This document shows positions 46,652 to 54,996 of a stretch of DNA of 62,955 nucleotides, in pieces. Origin of the DNA: a virus (lineage: Duplodnaviria; Caudoviricetes); IMG/VR virus record IMGVR_UViG_3300037511_000526, positions 1 through 62,955 of that record; one strand, 5' to 3'. The notes under the pieces were generated by a model. That model made no database searches. It had not been told where the DNA came from and saw nothing but the letters and a program-made list of their open reading frames with translations. How positions within the stretch are numbered: position 1 is the stretch's first letter; the number at the start of each line of letters is the position of its first letter. The position numbers were made by a program, and so were the translations under genes.

Positions 46652-46687
46652 AAAAAGCCTGTTTTGCAACAACTTAGCAAAACAGGC
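46652..46687 (-). terminator. Rho-independent terminator after the attP core
   Basis: GCCTGTTTTGC-9nt-GCAAAACAGGC followed by TTTTT. Confidence 0.75.
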
Positions 46688-46690
46688 CCT

Positions 46691-46712
46691 GTGGAGGTGA
46701 CCGGATTCGAAC
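46691..46712 (-). other. attP core: 3' end of tmRNA (ssrA) or tRNA-Ala
   Basis: GTTCGAATCCGGTCACCTCCAC = T-loop, 3' T-stem and acceptor strand with U70 and discriminator A. Confidence 0.8.
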
Positions 46713-46814
46713 GGATTATATAACAGATTGGTTTTAAAATTAATATAGCCGGCAGCAGAATGTTTGCACGTTTTCCATATTGATTCACCGTATAATTTTC
46801 TGCTTTATAACGCC

Positions 46815-47156
46815 AACAGCCGCCTCATCCCGGGGCGGCTGTTCCTTTTCAGACGGCTATTATTCCGAATGATAATTTAAAATGAGCCCCAGGATGTTGC
46901 GGTCCGGGGCTCGGGGATCGGAAACTGCCGGTTTTCAGGAAAGAAAAACCCAAAAGAAGGCAGGAAAATCTTTAAAAGGCCCCAGCCTTTACGAAGCTGG
47001 GGCTAAAGGCTCTGGTCATATACCTCGGCTGGAAAACCAGGTAGTCACCAGTTTATGAAAAAACAAATTAAGTCATAGAAAAAGCCTCACCCGGAGGGGA
47101 GGCTGCACTAATCAAATACCATTAACCATTAAACCTTATCCTATGAAACCAAGTTA
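46815..47156 (-). ncRNA. Array of four hairpin/U-tract units, putative small RNAs
   Basis: Stems at 46815-43, 46884-46912, 46979-47003, 47083-47104; TAACTTGG promoter-like element at 47149-56. Confidence 0.45.
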
Positions 47157-47232
47157 CCAAAACATATTCAGTATTACAATACGGGGACGAATAGCAGTGG
47201 TACGGAAGTAATCGATTTGTTTACTTTATGTC

Positions 47233-47496
47233 ATGAAAGGCAGGAAAAAATCAAAAGAATGGGTTTATAATTTAGAAGATCAGCAAGAATTTATTGAAAA
47301 AATTAGTTCCAAAATACGCCGCCTTCGCCAGGAGGCTGGCTACAGTAGCCATGAAACTTTCGCTTTCGAGCACGGTATTGACCGCACACAATGGAGTAAA
47401 ATGGAACGAGGGATTGATATGAAGATCAGTACTCTGCATAAGGCGCTGGCTGCCCTCGACATCACCCCTGCAGAATTCTTCAAGGACTTTAAGTAA
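47233..47496 (+). CDS. XRE-family HTH protein
   Basis: IRRLRQEAGYSSHETFA..GIDRTQWSKMERG. Confidence 0.85.
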   Translation: MKGRKKSKEWVYNLEDQQEFIEKISSKIRRLRQEAGYSSHETFAFEHGIDRTQWSKMERGIDMKISTLHKALAALDITPAEFFKDFK

Positions 47497-47505
47497 ATTA
47501 CCAAC

Positions 47506-47760
47506 ATGGCAACTTACTCCGACCTACGCACAGCTATTGACGCCGGTGCCGTCCATTCCTTTGACGACTTCTTTTTATTCGTCGAACAGAAACAATTCAT
47601 GGCTGATACCGGGATCTCCATTCGGCGGCTGAAGGCTTTACGGGCCTTACCAATGCAGATGAGCCTGTTAGAGATGATAACTATTGCGGACCTGCTGAGC
47701 ATGCAGTGGGATGAATTTGGGGCTTTGCTGAAGAAATGGGACCAGGTGAAGCAGCAATAA
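47506..47760 (+). CDS. Hypothetical, HTH-like protein
   Basis: FMADTGISIRRLK..P..MSL.E...IA.LL. Confidence 0.6.
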   Translation: MATYSDLRTAIDAGAVHSFDDFFLFVEQKQFMADTGISIRRLKALRALPMQMSLLEMITIADLLSMQWDEFGALLKKWDQVKQQ

Positions 47761-47994
47761 AAACCCCAGCGGGGGAGCGCCAGGGCTGCCAATATACCGG
47801 AGGGTACAAGGGCATAGCTAAGATAGGAATCCTGTCGTTATCCCGCGCAAAAGGGATGGATTGTATTTTCGTTGATTTGGGTCAAGAACTGCAAACTATT
47901 TTACCCAATATACTGCGTAATTAAATAGTTTTGCCTATCTTCACTTTATCAAATAAAACGAGCGGTGCAGCTCGATAAACTCCGCAAAGAAAAC

Positions 47995-48270
47995 ATGAAA
48001 ACATCCATCCTCATCAGCGGTCAAATCAGTGGCAACTTCACTCTTGCAAATAAAATTAGTGTTGTAGGTAACGACATTATGGAACTGAAAAACGGCATGT
48101 TCAATTCGAAGATAATAGTATTCGAAACCAAGAGGGCAGCCGAAAAGGCATTGTGGGAGGCATACAAATCGCTTCGTCAGGACAAGGAAGATGCCCAGGC
48201 AAGCCGTCTGCGTTATAGCAAGGGGTACATCAGTTATGATGCATCTACTGCCAAAATCACCGAAGAATAA
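47995..48270 (+). CDS. Hypothetical protein (start MKTSIL)
   Basis: ATG after a structured leader; followed by a terminator. Confidence 0.65.
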   Translation: MKTSILISGQISGNFTLANKISVVGNDIMELKNGMFNSKIIVFETKRAAEKALWEAYKSLRQDKEDAQASRLRYSKGYISYDASTAKITEE

Positions 48271-48274
48271 TACC

Positions 48275-48294
48275 AGGGGCTTCGGCCCCTTTTT
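48275..48294 (+). terminator. Rho-independent terminator
   Basis: AGGGGC-TTCG-GCCCCT-TTTT. Confidence 0.8.
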
Positions 48295-48305
48295 AAATAT
48301 AACTT

Positions 48306-48575
48306 ATGAAAGGAAACATCGACCCTCTATACCTGCAAGAACTACGCATAGATATCGGCACTTGGCTGCGAGATCTTCGCAAGGCCAAAGGCTATTCGCA
48401 GGCGGAACTGGCCGAACGCATGCAGGTGCGCCAACAGACCGTGAGCAAAGTAGAAGGCGGCGAATGGGCTATTACCATTGACATGCTGGCGCTGTTTTGC
48501 CTGCACCTGGATTATCCCATCAAAAAACTATTTCAGCATGACAAAGTTCCTGTTCGCCCCGGATCACGAAAGTAA
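48306..48575 (+). CDS. XRE-family HTH protein
   Basis: LRDLRKAKGYSQAELAERMQVRQQTVSKVEGG. Confidence 0.85.
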   Translation: MKGNIDPLYLQELRIDIGTWLRDLRKAKGYSQAELAERMQVRQQTVSKVEGGEWAITIDMLALFCLHLDYPIKKLFQHDKVPVRPGSRK

Positions 48576-48753
48576 AGAGTTGTATATCCTACACCGGGAA
48601 TTCCCGGCATGCCTCATTCATGTGGTACAGACAACGCCGGTTACTTTCCGTATAGTTGATCTGTATGATGATATCGATCGGGATTTGCTCATGATGCATC
48701 CATTTCTCGAAGAAGCGAAAAAGTTTGGCGGGAGCAGGGAGCAAATTTTTTAG
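48538..48753 (+). CDS. Hypothetical protein (start MTKFLF)
   Basis: FLFA..LYILHREFPACLI. Confidence 0.6.
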   Translation: MTKFLFAPDHESKELYILHREFPACLIHVVQTTPVTFRIVDLYDDIDRDLLMMHPFLEEAKKFGGSREQIF

Positions 48754-48794
48754 ATCACAATTAAAACGCCACCCGGAAGCGTGCCCGGGTTTTT

Positions 48795-48962
48795 ATGACA
48801 GAAGTGAAATGTGAATACTGTGAAAATCCTGTAGCAATAAAAAGAACTGATCTCAAAGGCGATCCGGTACTTTGTGATACCTGTTACGATGCATACGATA
48901 ATAAAACAGGATATTGTTCGCTAGACTGTTGCATTACGGGTTACTGTGACGAAAGTTGTTAA
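48795..48962 (+). CDS. Cys-rich 55-aa protein (not in ORF track)
   Basis: MTEVKCEYCENPV..LCDTCY..YCSLDCCITGYCDESC. Confidence 0.6.
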   Translation: MTEVKCEYCENPVAIKRTDLKGDPVLCDTCYDAYDNKTGYCSLDCCITGYCDESC

Positions 48963-48995
48963 ATAAAACCGCACCGGCTACGGTAACCGGAAGTT

Positions 48996-49247
48996 ATGAA
49001 AATGCCTGACAACATAACTAATCCTAAGACTCTAAAGAAGTGGCAAAAAGCCCTTAACGAAAGGGAATCAGCAGAGTTATTCGCTAAGGAGAAAGGATAC
49101 GCCATTGAAAAGAGATCAACGTCCACATGGTCTTTTTCAAGATATGGCAGAGAGTCTGTGTTAGGATTTGACAGCTATGGTGAAGTTTTGAGCTTTATAG
49201 TGAAATATGAACCCTCGCCAGATGCAATATTTCCTTCTTATAAATAA
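48996..49247 (+). CDS. Hypothetical protein
   Basis: ORF ending at the convergent terminator. Confidence 0.6.
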   Translation: MKMPDNITNPKTLKKWQKALNERESAELFAKEKGYAIEKRSTSTWSFSRYGRESVLGFDSYGEVLSFIVKYEPSPDAIFPSYK

Positions 49248-49270
49248 AAAACCCCGGCTTTCGCCAGGGG
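49246..49270 (-). terminator. Terminator at the end of the late/lysis operon
   Basis: Minus CCCCTGGC-GAAA-GCCGGGG-TTTTTT. Confidence 0.7.
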
Positions 49271-49297
49271 CCTGTTATGAAAAAGAAGCGGAAGCAA

Positions 49298-49855
49298 CTA
49301 TGATTCATTAACCGATAGCTGACCTGTAGCAGCAAGCTCTATACTTCTGACATTCTCGGGTTGCGCAATCTTCCACATGGGGCGTCTTGCTGCGTACAAT
49401 CTAGTTTTTGCTATCCTAGTAATGGAAACGCTGTCAGATTGATTTCCACCCAGGATATGATACGAAGCCTTGTCTTCGCCAATATAAAGTGCGACATGGC
49501 CCGCTTTCCCCCCGGTAGATGTTTTGCGCACGAAGACGAGTACATCTCCAAGCATCGGTTGATCTGCCGCTTGACCGAAAGTGCCCCAGTTCAGGGCCCA
49601 CAATGGATCTTTCACGACCTCTTTGCCTGCCCGTTTCGCGACAATAGCCATAAACAAACCGCACCATGGTATCTCATCTGCAACGTACACTTTAGCGACA
49701 TCTTCGCCGATCTCTTCTGCCCATGCGGTGATATCCGGATTGTTATCTTTACCGCGACGCTCTAATGTGCCGTAATGTTTTAACGCTTCAAGGAGCATTT
49801 TCGGACCTGGTTCATTTAATAACCAAGCGTATTGTTTTGGTAATTCTTTATTCAT
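49298..49855 (-). CDS. Endolysin, NlpC/P60-CHAP-type (TIGR02594-like)
   Basis: DEIPWCG, GHV, LGGNQSD motifs. Confidence 0.85.
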   Translation of the reverse strand: MNKELPKQYAWLLNEPGPKMLLEALKHYGTLERRGKDNNPDITAWAEEIGEDVAKVYVADEIPWCGLFMAIVAKRAGKEVVKDPLWALNWGTFGQAADQPMLGDVLVFVRKTSTGGKAGHVALYIGEDKASYHILGGNQSDSVSITRIAKTRLYAARRPMWKIAQPENVRSIELAATGQLSVNES

Positions 49856-50349
49856 CCTTTCTCAAGTTTTATATGCATATCCCTCGGCGAAACCTGATTA
49901 CCCCCAAAATAAGTTCCCAACCGGTACTGCAGCCTGCCCTTATTACCATGCAGTACATCGGCCTCCCCGATGGCATTCCCATCATTATCGTCAAGGGTGA
50001 AGAAATAATGTCCATGAGCGGCAATAAGACCAATACGGTACGTCTCACCGATGCGGCAATAGCCGATATGCTCGGTCACACGGCGACCGTTAACGTAACA
50101 ATAGGCCAGTAGCTCTATGTTATCGCTGCCGATCCAATACCGCCAACCAAATCGGGCAGAATGCTTGTGGTGACCCGGCAGGTAACCAATGCCGACCAGC
50201 TTATTGATATCGAGTTGATCGGGCACGCCGAGGTCGTACCGGCAGTCGTCAGTGAAAGTTACTTTCCACTCGAAGACAGTGCGGCGCCACCATAAGCCTA
50301 TACGCACCGGCCGGGCGCGGTGCTTGCCGTGAGGGATGCGGAAGATCAT
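49852..50349 (-). CDS. Beta-sandwich hypothetical protein
   Basis: DINKL.G..HH.HSARFGWR..YFGGNQ. Confidence 0.65.
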   Translation of the reverse strand: MIFRIPHGKHRARPVRIGLWWRRTVFEWKVTFTDDCRYDLGVPDQLDINKLVGIGYLPGHHKHSARFGWRYWIGSDNIELLAYCYVNGRRVTEHIGYCRIGETYRIGLIAAHGHYFFTLDDNDGNAIGEADVLHGNKGRLQYRLGTYFGGNQVSPRDMHIKLEKG

Positions 50350-50645
50350 AGATGTATCCCTTCATTCAATCCGGCAGACCAGGCGGCGGCCCATATGGAA
50401 GACAGCAGGGCTAACCCTATAATCACGTACCGCTTCCAATCTTTGTTTGGATCGTCGGCATATTTGTAGGCGCTGTTCGCCTGATACGCAAAGAGAATGA
50501 GCAGCGCAATATCAACGATGGCGAATAACCAGTTGCCCAGGTTGATGAAATAATTATGCGCCCATGCAAGATGAAATAGTAGAACTGTTCCTATGCAGAA
50601 CAGAATCATATTACGCACTAATGATTTGTCGCTTTTGTTTGGCAT
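50346..50645 (-). CDS. Three-TM membrane protein in the lysis region
   Basis: Three hydrophobic helices. Confidence 0.65.
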   Translation of the reverse strand: MPNKSDKSLVRNMILFCIGTVLLFHLAWAHNYFINLGNWLFAIVDIALLILFAYQANSAYKYADDPNKDWKRYVIIGLALLSSIWAAAWSAGLNEGIHL

Positions 50646-50659
50646 ATGAAAATTGTTTA

Positions 50660-50866
50660 TTAATAATCCTTTACTTTAATATTTATATCAGCAATTGAAC
50701 CCGTAACAGTATGCCTGACATCGTAAACTGTTCCGACCACTTTCCCACGTGACGTCTCATAAAAGACGGTTTCTCCTACACGGGGAAGCGGCATGTTTTT
50801 CGGATAGTCTAATTTTTTGGCAACGTTGTCTTGCTCAATTGTGATGAATACTTTCGATGCTTTCAT
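50660..50866 (-). CDS. Hypothetical protein
   Basis: LPRVGETV. Confidence 0.55.
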   Translation of the reverse strand: MKASKVFITIEQDNVAKKLDYPKNMPLPRVGETVFYETSRGKVVGTVYDVRHTVTGSIADINIKVKDY

Positions 50867-50868
50867 AG

Positions 50869-51612
50869 TTATCTTTTAAAAGATATAAGAAGTTTCGTCC
50901 CCAACCCCGCATACCACACATTCCCAACCGTGGCGCCTGTGATCTCGTATATCTTATTACCTCGTGTCTTCAGTGATATATTCACCTGGCCACCAGCCAG
51001 CGGATTAATTTGATTTCCAAAAACTCCAATACCGGCATATACCTGGTTGCGCGGCTTCTGGTTGACCTTAGCTTGTAGTTGCGTCATACAATCATCTAAC
51101 TGGTTCGAGAATTTCCGGTTAAATTCTTTCTGCGCATTGATAGTGCTGTCGCGTATGGCTATCTCATATAGCATCAGTTCGTTTACTTTTGCGCCATCTT
51201 CCTCATACTGATCGATCTTTTCCTGCTGCAAGCGCGCCTGGTCCTTCAGGCTATCGCAACCGGAAATATACTGCGGGCTGACAGGGATAAATGTGCTGTC
51301 GCGTGGTTCGAGCTTGGCACCTTCAACCTTTGCGATCAGTCGGTTAATAGTGATCTGTGAGGCGGTTAATCTTTGCTGCGATTGATCGAATTTTTCTTTC
51401 AGTACGGCCCGCGCTGCAGCAGCACTATCTTGCTGCACTTGTCGGTTCCAAAGTAGCTGCTGATAATATTTTGCCGTGTCCTTGATCCGTTGCTGTAGCG
51501 CTTCCTCCTCGGCTTTCGTGCTATCAGTCTTCACGGCCTTGCCGCATAATTGTATCAATACGATAAAGCATAGTGCGATCACGAACAATATCCATCCTGC
51601 GTTTACTTTCAT
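50869..51612 (-). CDS. Putative spanin-like protein
   Basis: N-terminal TM with Cys, long coiled coil, amphipathic beta C-terminus; lysis region. Confidence 0.55.
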   Translation of the reverse strand: MKVNAGWILFVIALCFIVLIQLCGKAVKTDSTKAEEEALQQRIKDTAKYYQQLLWNRQVQQDSAAAARAVLKEKFDQSQQRLTASQITINRLIAKVEGAKLEPRDSTFIPVSPQYISGCDSLKDQARLQQEKIDQYEEDGAKVNELMLYEIAIRDSTINAQKEFNRKFSNQLDDCMTQLQAKVNQKPRNQVYAGIGVFGNQINPLAGGQVNISLKTRGNKIYEITGATVGNVWYAGLGTKLLISFKR

Positions 51613-51663
51613 AACGTGTGAATAAATCAACCCCGACCTACGGAGCCAGGGTTGACATGTGAT

Positions 51664-51990
51664 TTAAAGACCAGATGTTGGCTCGGTCGGTGGCGGTGTA
51701 GGTTCGCCTGTTTCCGGATTCTTAGCCGCGATAGCCTTTAGTTGATCCGAAGTCGTTCTCAACTCAGCAACTACTGAATCGGCCTCCTCAGCCGTAAGAC
51801 CGCCAGAAATCTGGCCGGCCAGCCTGTCCAGGTCAGCGGCAATGTTGTTAGTTGATTCATTAATCACTGACAGTTCTGCCTTGATGGCATCTAATTTTTC
51901 TCCCATTTTTTCAATTTTTGAATTAATAGATTTGATTTCGGTAAACAGTTTATCATCATGGTGATGATGTAGGTGGATATGTATTTCCAT
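51664..51990 (-). CDS. Coiled-coil protein with His-rich N-terminus
   Basis: MEIHIHLHHHHDD; Pro-rich tail. Confidence 0.65.
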   Translation of the reverse strand: MEIHIHLHHHHDDKLFTEIKSINSKIEKMGEKLDAIKAELSVINESTNNIAADLDRLAGQISGGLTAEEADSVVAELRTTSDQLKAIAAKNPETGEPTPPPTEPTSGL

Positions 51991-51994
51991 CACT

Positions 51995-52381
51995 CTAAAT
52001 TTGAGTTTTTGGTGCCTCATTCACATTATCAGCAATATTGGTTTTGGTATCAATGACATTGTTAATCTTTTTATTAACTACACCAAATAGTCTAGATGCG
52101 ATATCACTGCCAGTATAGCCGATAAAAGCAAACCCAATCTTAACATAGTCGATTATTGTGGGCTTCCAATTCAGTATATTGTCAAGAAAAAGCAGAAACA
52201 TAATAATTGTTAGAAGCGATGCGGTGATCGACAGCCAATCATTGCTGAAGTATTGCCGCACCTTGAACTCTACATTAGCCGCGCGAGCTTTATCCTGCAG
52301 AGACTTCATTTTCAGGATGGTCTGCAACGCCATACCTACTACGGCGATCGCGAAACATTCGGTATACAACTGTATTGTCAT
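51995..52381 (-). CDS. Putative holin
   Basis: Three TM helices, charged C-tail, lysis context. Confidence 0.6.
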   Translation of the reverse strand: MTIQLYTECFAIAVVGMALQTILKMKSLQDKARAANVEFKVRQYFSNDWLSITASLLTIIMFLLFLDNILNWKPTIIDYVKIGFAFIGYTGSDIASRLFGVVNKKINNVIDTKTNIADNVNEAPKTQI

Positions 52382-52385
52382 ATGT

Positions 52386-52670
52386 CTACTGTTTAAATGG
52401 AAAATTATTTAACATCTTTTCAATCAGTTTTTCATATTTGGATTGCACACTCAGAATTTCTTCAGATAGTTCACTATGATCTTTGCGAAGTTCTTCGATC
52501 TCCTTCTTTACAATAGCATGCTCTTCTTTCAATTTATGCAGTGCTGTCTTTCCGATTGATCGCTCTTTGAAAAACACCTGCACCCCTTGCACTAATGCAA
52601 ATGCACTGATACCCCACATGCCGAGTTGTACAACTCCATTTATTATTTTGTCGATTTGTTCAGGTTTCAA
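52386..52670 (-). CDS. TM plus coiled-coil protein (holin/antiholin-like)
   Basis: One TM followed by heptad repeats. Confidence 0.55.
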   Translation of the reverse strand: MKPEQIDKIINGVVQLGMWGISAFALVQGVQVFFKERSIGKTALHKLKEEHAIVKKEIEELRKDHSELSEEILSVQSKYEKLIEKMLNNFPFKQ

Positions 52671-53157
52671 ATCTTTTCTTTTTAGTTTTCAATTCTTCGT
52701 ATACAGATTTAAACTCTTCGTGGATGTCGATTTGCTTCTTTATAAGACCTATCGCCTGCTGCATGAAGTCGATCAGTTGATTAGTATAATCTCCCATGCC
52801 CTTGTACACATATCTGAATCCGTCATTATTAACAAAATCGGATATTACTTTAGGATCATCCTGACCGGATATCATTATGATCTTACACCACGGGTTACGA
52901 CTTAACACTACCTTCATAACATCTATACCATTAAGTGGGCCGGGAAGATAATAATCGATTATACATATGTGTACCCGGTCATTTAACGACTTAACAAATT
53001 CCGCACTATTCTTAAAGAACATATAATCAACAAACCCATTCAACTTAAAAAGCTGATCCAGTAGATGTATTATGTCTTCATCATCTTCAAGAACATAAGT
53101 CAGGATGTTCAGTTGCTGCTGGTATATTTTTTCTTCGATCATAATTAGTGCCCTCAT
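52660..53157 (-). CDS. Stand-alone response-regulator receiver (CheY-like)
   Basis: YVLEDD, IIDYYLPG.LNG (phosphoacceptor Asp), IIMISG, YVYK. Confidence 0.88.
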   Translation of the reverse strand: MRALIMIEEKIYQQQLNILTYVLEDDEDIIHLLDQLFKLNGFVDYMFFKNSAEFVKSLNDRVHICIIDYYLPGPLNGIDVMKVVLSRNPWCKIIMISGQDDPKVISDFVNNDGFRYVYKGMGDYTNQLIDFMQQAIGLIKKQIDIHEEFKSVYEELKTKKKRFET

Positions 53158-53208
53158 TTAATTACTACAAACCGGGCATGAAAATTATATAGGATATAGG
53201 CTTATTCT

Positions 53209-54996
53209 TTACTTACGAATAATAACAAAAACATCCCCTACTTCATAAACAAAGAATGTTACAGTTGCTTGTCCAGTCGCGCCTTTATCATCCGTTGCCG
53301 ATAGCCGGTACGTGAACTCACCAGGTGCAGCGAATGTAACTTCCGTGATGCCATCGGTGACATTCACCACACTGTCGCCAGCCGGGCCGGAAACCTTTTC
53401 CCATCCTGCACTTACTATTTTTCCATCGGGATCAGTCGCCTTCCATTTCAACAAGATCGATTTATCGATCGCTACCTTGTTGCACCATGCCTCCACGACC
53501 GGCGGTTTGTTAATGATCTCAACAGCGACAACTACTGTATCGGCCATTGTGCCGTTGTTAATGTCGGTTGCCAGTAATTGGAATGAATACGTTCCATTGT
53601 TCAAAGCTGTGATCTCTGTAATCGCTGAATCCGGCGACAAAATGCCCGAGGCGGTGCCGGACAATTGCCGCCATTTATAAGTAGTAATACCAAATGAAAA
53701 GTTCTTGCCGCGCGTTGGCGTGGCAACCCCTGTTAAAATGGTTGATGTGGAGCCTACCTTCTGATCAGGGCCTGCCGAAACGATGCCTGGTATAAATAAT
53801 CCTGGTGATGGTACTGTAACACTAAAGGGGTCCACCTGCGTAGGGACGGTCACATCAAGGGCGTTCGGGTAATTTGATTCGTTTGATACAGCCAGTCCTT
53901 CCTTTGTATTTGCTGGATTGGTGGAGTATAGAACGGCCGATTTGTTTCTGCCCCAACTGTACAGGTTGCCGCTAATGTCCTGGGCATATTTGTAGAAGGC
54001 ATAATACCCGCCGCCAAACACCCTTCTGAACTTCACATCGGACCGAATTTGAACAGGCTTTGCAACAAAAGCGGTTTGTTGATAACCTGGTTGGTTTGCC
54101 ATAATCCAGTTCCAGATATACCTGGTGCCCTTGTATTCCACTTTATCTACGAGCTGCCAGCCGTTGCCGACCTCACCTTGTGCATTGTCCCCATATCCGA
54201 ACAAACGGCCTTCAGCGGTAATGAAATGAATGGTATTGTCATTGACAGCGATGTCCAGCGGTGGCGCTGTAATTCCCCAGTAAGGCGCCAAAGCAACGTA
54301 ATTGGTGATCGTGCCAACAGTATTGTTTAGGTATTTCGCGTTGCCCCATCCGAACGGCATCCCGCCAATGGTGGCAATGTAGAAGTTATTTACAGAGGCG
54401 TAGACTTTCTCGACAGGTCCTGGCAGCGCCTTCTTTATCCATGTCGTTGAATTGTCATTCACCGTGTATACTGTTCCGTCTTCAGCCACAGCTACCAACA
54501 CACCATTGCCATTTGAGCCGCCTTTAACGACTGATTTGAATTTTACAGCAGGCTGGCCTGGGATCTTTGTCCACTTATCGAGCACCTTTTGCGGGTCGGT
54601 CCCAAACCATTTTTGAGTGTTGTAGTTCATGGCACAAACAGTACCATCATCGCGCACGGCGATATAGGTTTGCAGGTGACATTCTATTGATTTGGCTTTA
54701 AAAGGCTTGCCGTCGGCATCGTATTGAAGGAACTTTAGGCTTGTAGATTTCGGACCATGAGCGAACACATTACCAGCGGTGTCCCGTAATAATATATCAT
54801 ACAGACCACCATTTCCTTCAGCGAATTTTCCCGTTATCGGCGAAACCTTCAGTCCCACCGGAGTGATCCATACTGCGGTATGCGCCGAACCATCTTTTTT
54901 GATAAAGTCAACGCTGTACTCCGCGGGAATAACCTCGCTGACCTGCGCAAAGGACGATATTGATAGGAACAATAATATCGTGGTGATTATTCTCAT
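53209..54996 (-). CDS. Exported RCC1-repeat beta-propeller protein with two PKD-like domains
   Basis: Signal peptide SFA-Q; GRLFGYGDNAQGEVGNG, GNLYSWGRN; AGPDQ..YKWRQ.SG, DPDG.I...W..VSGP..ATDDKGA. Confidence 0.8.
   Translation of the reverse strand: MRIITTILLFLSISSFAQVSEVIPAEYSVDFIKKDGSAHTAVWITPVGLKVSPITGKFAEGNGGLYDILLRDTAGNVFAHGPKSTSLKFLQYDADGKPFKAKSIECHLQTYIAVRDDGTVCAMNYNTQKWFGTDPQKVLDKWTKIPGQPAVKFKSVVKGGSNGNGVLVAVAEDGTVYTVNDNSTTWIKKALPGPVEKVYASVNNFYIATIGGMPFGWGNAKYLNNTVGTITNYVALAPYWGITAPPLDIAVNDNTIHFITAEGRLFGYGDNAQGEVGNGWQLVDKVEYKGTRYIWNWIMANQPGYQQTAFVAKPVQIRSDVKFRRVFGGGYYAFYKYAQDISGNLYSWGRNKSAVLYSTNPANTKEGLAVSNESNYPNALDVTVPTQVDPFSVTVPSPGLFIPGIVSAGPDQKVGSTSTILTGVATPTRGKNFSFGITTYKWRQLSGTASGILSPDSAITEITALNNGTYSFQLLATDINNGTMADTVVVAVEIINKPPVVEAWCNKVAIDKSILLKWKATDPDGKIVSAGWEKVSGPAGDSVVNVTDGITEVTFAAPGEFTYRLSATDDKGATGQATVTFFVYEVGDVFVIIRK

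Larger units (their letters stand above)
46545..46775. repeat. Integrase arm-type sites flanking the attP core
   Basis: TTTGCACGTTTTC at 46545-57 and 46763-75; tandem ACAAATGTAA at 46588-46607. Confidence 0.6.

Noticed and set aside
46691-46712. Possible tRNA gene
   Set aside because: Only the 3' 22 nt are present, with no D or anticodon arm; interpreted as the attP core
39664-47156. Hairpin arrays as a CRISPR or mini-CRISPR array
   Set aside because: No identical repeats with regular spacers, and no cas genes
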